A DNA stretch of 64,000 nt from contig JAQURX010000001.1 of the NCBI GenBank assembly GCA_028715415.1, forward strand, positions 90,584 to 154,583, written 5' to 3'. Made by a program: the position numbers and the translations under genes. Under the pieces are notes generated by a model, which was not told where the DNA came from, did no database searches, and worked only from the letters and a program-made list of their open reading frames with translations. The number at the start of each line of letters is the position of its first letter. Positions within the stretch are counted from its first letter, which is position 1. The DNA comes from Candidatus Omnitrophota bacterium. GTDB lineage: Bacteria; Omnitrophota; Gorgyraeia; Gygaellales; Profunditerraquicolaceae. Positions 58,501 through 64,000 of the stretch are shown here, piece after piece.

Positions 58501-58949
58501 TGACTCGGGCTAAGCAAGAGAAAATGGCAATCTTGAAACTTGAAGATTTGGAAGGTTCAGTTGAAGCTTTGGTTTTCCCTCGGTCTTATCAGAAGGTTTC
58601 CCGATATATCCAACCAAATACGGTTGTGTTGGCAAGAGGAACCCTTAATCTTAAGGAAGATACTCCTAAGCTTTTAATAAATGATTTGTTTCCTATGGAG
58701 CAGGTTTATAGCCTTATTTCAGCAATTAATATTAATTTATCCGGAATGCAGGAAAACCTCTTTTTATCCCTAAAGGAATTATTAAGCTTAAACCGCGGGC
58801 AAACACCTGTTTATCTGCATTTAAATACTCCTTCAAAGTCAAAAGTACAGTTTGTAGTCGGGGAAAATCTTTATGTAAGCCCTAGTGAGAAACTTATCCA
58901 GGATGCAGTTGAACTACTAGGTGAAGATAAGTTGTCGATAGTAATATAG
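55515..58949 (+). CDS. dnaE: DNA polymerase III alpha subunit
   Basis: FIHLHVHTQFSLLDGA (PHP domain); 1144 aa; the palm motifs GMPDIDIDF and KMDFLGL. Confidence 0.95.
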   Translation: MPHSDFIHLHVHTQFSLLDGACRLPELLNLAKEYKMDSLAITDHGNMFGAIEFYQEAQKAGIKPIIGCEFYVAPGSRLDKTSVGIDEAAYHLILLAKDELGYQNLMKLVSKAYLEGFYYRPRIDKEILSQYSKGLIGLTACLKGEIPSLIQQKRFNDALKTADIYLNILGKSNFFLELQANSIPEQKKVNEGLVKISNELKIPLVATNDVHYLTKERALSHEALLCIQTQTTLDDPNRMRFQTEEFYFRSPQEMINIFKDYPQAIANTLEIAHRCNLELDFSKLHLPKYDPPEGLTKEDFLLQLCEKGLERRYKGVNPAIQERLNHELKIIKNMGYVSYFLIVWDFINYAKSQGIPVGPGRGSAAGSIVSYLLGITDINPLEYGLLFERFLNPDRIGMPDIDIDFCYERRQEVIDYVTNKYGRQNVAQIITFGTMQARGVVRDVGRVMGIAYADVDRLAKLIPPEPNTTLKDALDNEPELNNLTKSDPQITKLTNIALSLEGLNRHASIHAAGVVIGDKPLDNYSPLFKTSDDQVTTGYSMGALEKIGLLKMDFLGLRTLTVIDQTTKIIKETKGRDIDLDNIALDDKNTYKLLSNAKTIGVFQVESSGMRDLLRKLEPERFEDLIALLALYRPGPIGSGMLDDFIKRKHNLISIKYEHPKLETILKETYGIMVYQEQIMQIASVLAGFSLAQADLLRKAMGKKIPEVMEKERKNFITGCVKNGVKESIAAKIFDLIEYFSGYGFNKSHSAAYALISYRTAYLKANFPVEFMTALLTSERDNTDKIVEYVNEANRMGLQMLPPDINESSALFKVIDDKTIRFGLLAVKNVGAGAIDSIIEARKNGKFVSLEDMCQRIDLRLVNKKVLESLIKCGALDSFSMPRAQMFAGLEQILEQSSKLQKERSTGQLSFFDQNLSQDAFKKSKLNLPQVREWPEPQILSFEKDMLGFYVSGHPLARYAGQLRRFASTSIANLSLCKDEEEVKIVGLIAKIKNTLTRAKQEKMAILKLEDLEGSVEALVFPRSYQKVSRYIQPNTVVLARGTLNLKEDTPKLLINDLFPMEQVYSLISAININLSGMQENLFLSLKELLSLNRGQTPVYLHLNTPSKSKVQFVVGENLYVSPSEKLIQDAVELLGEDKLSIVI

Positions 58950-58952
58950 GTT

Positions 58953-59066
58953 ATCCCGATAGCTAATCGCTTCGAAAATTTGTTCCAAATTTTCTCGCAG
59001 CTATCGGGATTAATTCGGGCATATAACTTACGTTTACTCGCTTCGCTCGTTCCGTAAGTTATGCCC
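58953..59066. repeat. Two adjacent inverted repeats (nested hairpins) between dnaE and hup
   Basis: ATCCCGATAGCT (58953-64) pairs with AGCTATCGGGAT (58999-59010), 12/12, and encloses the palindrome GAAAATTTG-TTC-CAAATTTTC; a second pair is GGGCATATAACTTACG (59018-33) with CGTAAGTTATGCCC (59053-66). Confidence 0.6.
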
Positions 59067-59082
59067 TCATTAAAAAAACCCC

Positions 59083-59111
59083 TTGACAACGTAACTTTTT
59101 GTTTGTATTAT
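59083..59111 (+). promoter_or_regulatory. Sigma70-like promoter for hup: -35 TTGACA (59083-88), 17-bp spacer, -10 TATTAT (59106-11)
   Basis: Consensus -35 and near-consensus -10, about 40 bp upstream of the hup ATG; RBS AAAGGGGG. Confidence 0.6.
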
Positions 59112-59149
59112 ACTTACAAACATTGTTATGCTCAAAAAGGGGGCTGTAT

Positions 59150-59422
59150 ATGACAAAAAAAGATATAATTTTAAAAGTTTCTGATGAAACCAACTTAAAA
59201 CAAATAGATGTTAAAAAAGTTGTGCAAAGGACTTTTGACTGCATTACAGAAGCCTTGGTTAGAGGAGAAAAGATTGAGCTGCGTAATTTCGGCGTGTTCA
59301 AAATTAAACAAAGAAAAAGCCGCACTGGCAGAAATCCTCGCACTGGCCAGGTAGTACCGGTCCCTCCCAGGAAAGTTGTTGTCTTTAAGCCAGGCTTAGA
59401 GATGAAAAAAGAAATAAAATAA
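59150..59422 (+). CDS. hup: DNA-binding protein HU (HU/IHF family)
   Basis: MTKKDIILKVSDETNL...RNFGVFKIKQRKSRTGRNPRTGQVVPVPPRKVVVFKPG matches the HU arm; ATG at 59150, within the longer track ORF. Confidence 0.9.
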   Translation: MTKKDIILKVSDETNLKQIDVKKVVQRTFDCITEALVRGEKIELRNFGVFKIKQRKSRTGRNPRTGQVVPVPPRKVVVFKPGLEMKKEIK

Positions 59423-59443
59423 CCCTTCTCGCCTTAAAAAAAT

Positions 59444-60688
59444 ATGTTTAAAAGAGTTCCGGGAACAAAAGACATTCTTGTGCAAGAAGTTTATTCTTGG
59501 CAGGAAATAGAAAAAATCAGCCGTTCGGTTTTTTCTATATTTAATTATTGTGAAATCAGGCCGCCGGTAATTGAGGATGCCAGCCTTTTTAACCGTTCTT
59601 TGGGTGAATTCACCGAGATCGTTCAGAAGCAGATGTTCCTTATACGTAATCAGGAAGATTTGTACGCCCTGCGTCCGGAAGGAACTGCGTCTATTGTACG
59701 TGCTTATGTTGAGAATAACCTCGATAAGACAGCGGGTTTAAAGAAGTTTTATTATATGGGCCCAATGTTCCGCCTTGAGCGGCCGCAAAAAGGGCGTCTT
59801 CGCCAGTTTCATCATATAGGAATAGAAGTTATTGGTTCATCTCAAGCCGAAGTAGATGTTGAGGTAATCAGCCTTGCGGACAAATTGCTTAAGTCTTATC
59901 AGGTTTCGGGTTACGAAATCAAGATAAACACTTTAGGTTGCGTAAAAGATAAGAAAGAATTGGTTAATTTGTTGCAAAAGGATTTACGTGGTAAACTAGA
60001 TTCGCTTTGCCCGGAGTGCAAAGTAAGGTTTGACCACAATATTTTAAGAATACTTGATTGCAAGAATGAATCTTGCAAGAAAATAATAGAAGAGTTGAGC
60101 ATCGGCGATAGGCATCTTTGCGAGGATTGTAAAAACCATTTTAAAAGAGTTTTAACCGGGCTGGATGCTTTAAAAATTAAATATGAGGTTTTGCCGACGC
60201 TTGTCCGGGGGCTTGATTATTACACTCAAACTGTTTTTGAGGTGAAACATAAAGATTTAGGTTCGCAGGATGCAATTGGTGCAGGCGGAAGGTATGATAA
60301 TCTAGTTAAAGAATTAGGCGGCGAGCAAACCGGGGCAATCGGCTTTGCTTTTGGTGTTGAAAGATTGATGTTGGTTTCAAAATTGCAAAATCAAAAGATT
60401 CCTAAGAACCTGGTTTTTGTAATTACCTTAGGAGATGAGGCTAAGGCGCAAGGATTAGTGTTATTAAATAATCTGCGTAATGCAGGAATACCCGCTGATA
60501 CGGATTATGAGGGGAAATCGCTTAAGGGAGCAATGCGTTTGGCTAATGATTTAGAAGCGAAATACGTTTTAATCTTGGGGGATAATGAAATAAAGAAGAA
60601 TGTTGTTATGCTTAAGGATATGGCTTCAGGCGAACAAAAGGAAATTGGTATATCAAATTTAATCTCCGAGTTAAGGAGTAACAGTTAG
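59444..60688 (+). CDS. hisS: Histidine--tRNA ligase
   Basis: LRPEGTASIVRAY (motif 1), FHHIGIEVIG, GGRYDNLV. Confidence 0.9.
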   Translation: MFKRVPGTKDILVQEVYSWQEIEKISRSVFSIFNYCEIRPPVIEDASLFNRSLGEFTEIVQKQMFLIRNQEDLYALRPEGTASIVRAYVENNLDKTAGLKKFYYMGPMFRLERPQKGRLRQFHHIGIEVIGSSQAEVDVEVISLADKLLKSYQVSGYEIKINTLGCVKDKKELVNLLQKDLRGKLDSLCPECKVRFDHNILRILDCKNESCKKIIEELSIGDRHLCEDCKNHFKRVLTGLDALKIKYEVLPTLVRGLDYYTQTVFEVKHKDLGSQDAIGAGGRYDNLVKELGGEQTGAIGFAFGVERLMLVSKLQNQKIPKNLVFVITLGDEAKAQGLVLLNNLRNAGIPADTDYEGKSLKGAMRLANDLEAKYVLILGDNEIKKNVVMLKDMASGEQKEIGISNLISELRSNS

Positions 60689-60697
60689 GAGTTTTTT

Positions 60698-62101
60698 ATG
60701 CTACGCGATCATACATGTGGTGAATTAAATGCTAGTAATGTGGGGGAAGTTGTAACTTTATGCGGTTGGGTTGCAAACAGGCGTGACCATGGAAAGCTTA
60801 TTTTTATAGATATACGTGATAGATACGGGCTTACTCAGGTTACCTTTATTCCAAAAGAAGCAGGCGAATCTTATAAGATAGCGCAGGAATTAAGATCTGA
60901 GTTTGTTATTAAAGTAGTTGGATCTGTAAATAAGCGTCCGGGGAACACAGTTAATCCTAAATTAGCTACCGGTGAAATTGAAGTCCTAGCCAAGAATGTA
61001 GAGATTTTGAATCCCAGCCTTACGCCTCCTTTTGAGATAGAAGATACCCTTGAGGTTACAGAAGAGATGCGGCTTAAATATCGTTACCTTGATTTAAGAA
61101 GAAACAAGGTTCTTACTAATTTTATGCTAAGGAGTATTGTCTATAAAATTACAAGGAATTTTCTGGATAAGGAAGGCTTTATTGAATGCGAAACTCCTAT
61201 TCTTACAAAGTCTACTCCGGAAGGGGCACGTGATTATTTGGTCCCATCTAGACTTAATCCGGGGCAATTCTTTGCTCTCCCGCAGTCGCCGCAGCTATTT
61301 AAACAAATTTTAATGGTTGCAGGGATTGATAGGTATTATCAAATTGCAAAATGTTTCCGCGATGAAGATTTGCGCGCTGACAGACAACCAGAATTTACTC
61401 AGTTAGACTTAGAGATGTCTTTCCCAAATGAAGAAGATATTTTTTCTATAATGGAAAGATTGATGCAACTAATCTTCAAAGAAGGAAAAGGCATTGATAT
61501 AAAAATACCATTTCCCCGGATGACTTATCAGGAAGCGCAGGATAAGTATAAAAATGATAAGCCTGATTTGAGGGAAAGTTCGGGGCTTGAATTTGCTTTT
61601 GTCTGGGTTGTTGATTTTCCTCTTTTTAAATATAACGAAGAGGAGAAGCGTTGGGAGAGCGAGCATCATCCTTTTACTGCGCCTGCTCAAACGGATTTAG
61701 ATTTCTTGGAGGCTTCTCCTGAAAAAGTAAAATCACGTTCTTATGATTTAGTACTTAATGGTATGGAGATTGGCTCAGGTTCAATAAGAATCCATGATCA
61801 GAAATTACAGGAAAAGATTTTTAATATTATCGGTATTGATAAGGAACAAGCTAGGACACGTTTTGGCTTCTTGTTGGAAGCTTTTCAATTCGGCGCTCCA
61901 CCTCATGGAGGGTTTGCTTTTGGGATGGATAGGCTACTTGCGATTTTGTCCAAGGAATCAAGCATTAGGGAGGTCATTGCTTTCCCTAAGACCCAAAAGG
62001 CATTTTGTCCGTTAACCAGTGCGCCTTCGGATGTAGATGAAAAACAGTTAAAGGAGTTAGGGATTAATTTAAGAAAAATAAATAAAGGGGAGGAAAAATG
62101 A
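60698..62101 (+). CDS. aspS: Aspartate--tRNA ligase, bacterial-type sequence but short (no GAD insertion domain)
   Basis: HTCGELNASNVGEVVTLCGWV...RRDHGKLIFIDIRD N-terminus; FRDEDLRADRQPEFTQLDLEMSF (motif 2); GAPPHGGFAFGMDRL (motif 3); 467 aa. Confidence 0.85.
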   Translation: MLRDHTCGELNASNVGEVVTLCGWVANRRDHGKLIFIDIRDRYGLTQVTFIPKEAGESYKIAQELRSEFVIKVVGSVNKRPGNTVNPKLATGEIEVLAKNVEILNPSLTPPFEIEDTLEVTEEMRLKYRYLDLRRNKVLTNFMLRSIVYKITRNFLDKEGFIECETPILTKSTPEGARDYLVPSRLNPGQFFALPQSPQLFKQILMVAGIDRYYQIAKCFRDEDLRADRQPEFTQLDLEMSFPNEEDIFSIMERLMQLIFKEGKGIDIKIPFPRMTYQEAQDKYKNDKPDLRESSGLEFAFVWVVDFPLFKYNEEEKRWESEHHPFTAPAQTDLDFLEASPEKVKSRSYDLVLNGMEIGSGSIRIHDQKLQEKIFNIIGIDKEQARTRFGFLLEAFQFGAPPHGGFAFGMDRLLAILSKESSIREVIAFPKTQKAFCPLTSAPSDVDEKQLKELGINLRKINKGEEK

Positions 62102-62664
62102 AAAAGGCAAAGATAATTTATTTGTTGGGTTTTTCATTGGTTTTTGTGTTATCGGGTTGCGTTGTAAGAACGTATCCTTTAACTAAAGATAGAATTGATC
62201 AGGATTTATCCGGGGGTAATAGAGGATATATTAAAGGTGCTGCTCCTGCAGAAGAAACTCTGGGGAAGAAAACAGACCGCACAACGCAGGTTGTAGAAGT
62301 TGAATTACATTCTCCTCTTAAATTTGAGTTTAAGAAATGGTGGAAAAAGCCAGCTAAAAAAGTAGAAACTGAAGGCAATCGTGGATATATAACTCAAAGC
62401 GTAGTTCCGGAAATAATTGAAACACCCGCGTCTTGCGAACCAGTATTTGAAAAATACGTTGTTCAGAAGAATGATACATTACAGAAAATTTCCATGAAGT
62501 ATTATGGCACAACTAAGAAATGGATGAAGATTTACGATGCCAATAAAGATACATTAAAGAGCCCAAATAGTATTCGTCCCGGTAAAACTATAAATATCCC
62601 TGTTTTGCCTGAATTAAAATCTCAAACTCAAGGCATGACAGAGCCTACTGAGAATTTGAAATAA
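62098..62664 (+). CDS. LysM-domain lipoprotein
   Basis: Lipobox LSGC; C-terminal LysM YVVQKNDTLQKISMKYYG...IRPGKTINIP. Confidence 0.7.
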   Translation: MKKAKIIYLLGFSLVFVLSGCVVRTYPLTKDRIDQDLSGGNRGYIKGAAPAEETLGKKTDRTTQVVEVELHSPLKFEFKKWWKKPAKKVETEGNRGYITQSVVPEIIETPASCEPVFEKYVVQKNDTLQKISMKYYGTTKKWMKIYDANKDTLKSPNSIRPGKTINIPVLPELKSQTQGMTEPTENLK

Positions 62665-62695
62665 TTTGTTAAAGCCAAGAAAGCTGTCTTAAAGA

Positions 62696-63646
62696 ATGGA
62701 AAAATCAATAAAAATTCAGTCTCATCAGGAGGCGCAGCTCATTTTTGGCCCGCATGATGAATATCTCAAGCTGCTTGAAAAAGAATTTAAGGTAAAGCTT
62801 GCTATTCGTGGTGAATACTTAAAGTTAAGCGGCACAGCTACGAATATAAAGAAAATCCAAGGGTTAATTGAATTCATCCTGCATGCTTTTAGATCAGGTT
62901 CTACAGATTTAGGCAGGGCGGATTTACATTCGTTAATCTTAAATTTTAAGAAAGGCAAGATTGACGCCAAAGAAAAGATTGAGCTAACCTCTAATCGGGT
63001 TTTTAGCGGGAGCAATATCGGGCCAAAGACAAAAGGCCAGATTGAGTATTTTGACGCGATAAAAAAATACGACATAGTTTTTGGAATTGGCCCGGCTGGG
63101 ACAGGAAAGACTTATTTGGCTATGGCTTCTGCGGTTGAGGCTTTAAAGAAACAACAAGTCCGCCGAATTATTCTTACCCGCCCGGCAATTGAAGCAGGTG
63201 AATCTCTGGGGTTTTTGCCCGGTGATTTACAGGAGAAGATTGCTCCTTATTTAAGGCCTCTTTATGACGCGCTTTATGATATGGTAGAGGCTGAACGCAT
63301 TGAAAAATACCTTGAGACTGGGATTGTTGAGGTAGCTCCTTTAGCCTATATGAGAGGTAGGACACTAAACGACGCCTTTATTATCCTTGATGAAGCGCAA
63401 AATTGCACAGCAGAGCAAATGAAAATGTTTTTGACTCGCCTTGGTTTTGATTCAAAAGCTGTTATTACCGGGGATATCACTCAAAGCGACCTTCCGGAAG
63501 GCAAGCCTATCGGCTTGCTTCAAGCACAGGATATCTTAAGCGATATTGAAGGGATCAAATTTATTTATTTTTCCGGAACAGACGTAGTAAGGCATGCACT
63601 TGTACAAAGAATTATTGAAGCATATGACGCTTTTGGCAGGAAATAG
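62696..63646 (+). CDS. phoH: PhoH-family ATPase
   Basis: IVFGIGPAGTGKTYLAMA (Walker A), FIILDEAQN (Walker B). Confidence 0.9.
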   Translation: MEKSIKIQSHQEAQLIFGPHDEYLKLLEKEFKVKLAIRGEYLKLSGTATNIKKIQGLIEFILHAFRSGSTDLGRADLHSLILNFKKGKIDAKEKIELTSNRVFSGSNIGPKTKGQIEYFDAIKKYDIVFGIGPAGTGKTYLAMASAVEALKKQQVRRIILTRPAIEAGESLGFLPGDLQEKIAPYLRPLYDALYDMVEAERIEKYLETGIVEVAPLAYMRGRTLNDAFIILDEAQNCTAEQMKMFLTRLGFDSKAVITGDITQSDLPEGKPIGLLQAQDILSDIEGIKFIYFSGTDVVRHALVQRIIEAYDAFGRK

Positions 63647-63652
63647 TTAAAT

Positions 63653-64000
63653 ATGGGGAAATATATTATTTTTAAGAAAATTAGATTTGTATTCGGCGTT
63701 GTGCTTTTATTTCTAGTTAGTTTAGTTCTGCAGCTTAATTTGGTTATCCCCGCATTTCTTCTTTCCTTAGTTGTTTATATTAAATTCCGCGATTCGTATT
63801 TGGAGAATTATAGTATTCTTAGCTTGACCCTTTTATTTGTTATCCCTGTAGTAGCTACATATTTTATAGTAAATCAAAGCTGGTCAAGAGCGTATATACC
63901 TTTTTGTATTATACCAATGCTTACAACCCTTCTTTTTAACCAGCTTGAACTTTCTTTATTAATTACCCTTGCTGTTTCTTTTACTGTTGCTTCAATTTCA
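63653..64000 (+). CDS. Polytopic membrane protein, 5' fragment running off the window (possibly the 7TM-HD hydrolase that commonly follows phoH)
   Basis: ATG at 63653; continuous hydrophobic helices to the window end; the phoH-7TM-HD-ybeY arrangement is common in bacteria. The domain call rests on context only. Confidence 0.4.
   Translation, partial: MGKYIIFKKIRFVFGVVLLFLVSLVLQLNLVIPAFLLSLVVYIKFRDSYLENYSILSLTLLFVIPVVATYFIVNQSWSRAYIPFCIIPMLTTLLFNQLELSLLITLAVSFTVASIS

Noticed and set aside
310-63365. All minus-strand ORFs in the track (60-190 aa, for example 310-558, 1324-1512, 13827-14168, 32296-32871, 50446-50805, 51962-52246, 57128-57496, 62725-63075).
   Set aside because: Every one lies wholly inside a well-supported + strand gene. 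They have low-complexity or odd composition, and no recognisable motifs or RBS. They are antisense frame artefacts of AT-rich coding sequence.
1-64000. I searched for CRISPR arrays, tRNA or rRNA genes, transposases, integrases and phage genes.
   Set aside because: I found no regularly spaced direct repeats, cloverleaf-like GC-rich 75-nt segments, DDE or tyrosine-recombinase motifs. The island appears to have no mobility genes within this window.

Overview
The window holds two contrasting parts on the + strand; all coordinates carry about ±1-2 nt uncertainty because I worked by hand. No non-overlapping minus-strand gene is supported. The organism looks AT-rich and could not be identified. (1) Positions ~1-50,400 form a very large co-directional glycan-biosynthesis supercluster of about 45 genes, many with 1-20 nt start/stop overlaps that suggest translational coupling. 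Its backbone is a recognisable pseudaminic-acid-type nonulosonic acid pathway: PseB-like 4,6-dehydratase, PseC-like aminotransferase, PseG-like hydrolase, NeuB/PseI-like synthase and an SpsF/PseF-like cytidylyltransferase. This backbone is interrupted and decorated by several gene groups. One is a sugar N-formyltransferase sitting where PseH would normally be. Another is a complete acetamidino-forming set (AsnB-like, HisH-like, HisF-like and a WbuX/PseA-like N-acetyl-sugar amidotransferase). There are four radical SAM enzymes, two with SPASM/twitch-type C-terminal Cys clusters and two with a B12-binding domain, and at least six SAM-dependent methyltransferases. Also present are a Gfo/Idh/MocA oxidoreductase fused to a hexapeptide acyltransferase, a class-III aminotransferase, and at least six GT2/GT4 glycosyltransferases. 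The assembly and export machinery includes a Wzx-like flippase, an O-antigen ligase/polymerase-family protein, and a WecA/MraY-like initiating phosphotransferase with an unusual C-terminal CapD-like extension. It also includes an ArnT/PMT-like GT-C protein next to a polyprenyl-phosphate-sugar-synthase-like GT2 fused to a methyltransferase, a GT4 fused to a DUF218 domain, and an MFS-like membrane domain fused to a spermidine-synthase fold. A GbsR/MarR-like regulator with its own sigma70-like promoter lies inside the cluster. I read this as the locus for a heavily tailored nonulosonic-acid-containing surface glycan (O-antigen, capsule or protein glycan), probably formylated, amidinated and methylated. 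The radical-SAM/B12 component is the least precedented part. (2) Positions ~50,400-64,000 are conserved housekeeping genes. They are a CIRCE-controlled groES-groEL pair, a CBS-less IMP-dehydrogenase-family gene coupled to guaA, dnaE, hup (HU) with a clear promoter and nested inverted repeats upstream, hisS, a short bacterial-type aspS lacking the GAD insertion, a LysM lipoprotein, phoH, and the start of a polytopic membrane protein. I found no rRNA, tRNA, CRISPR array, transposase or integrase.
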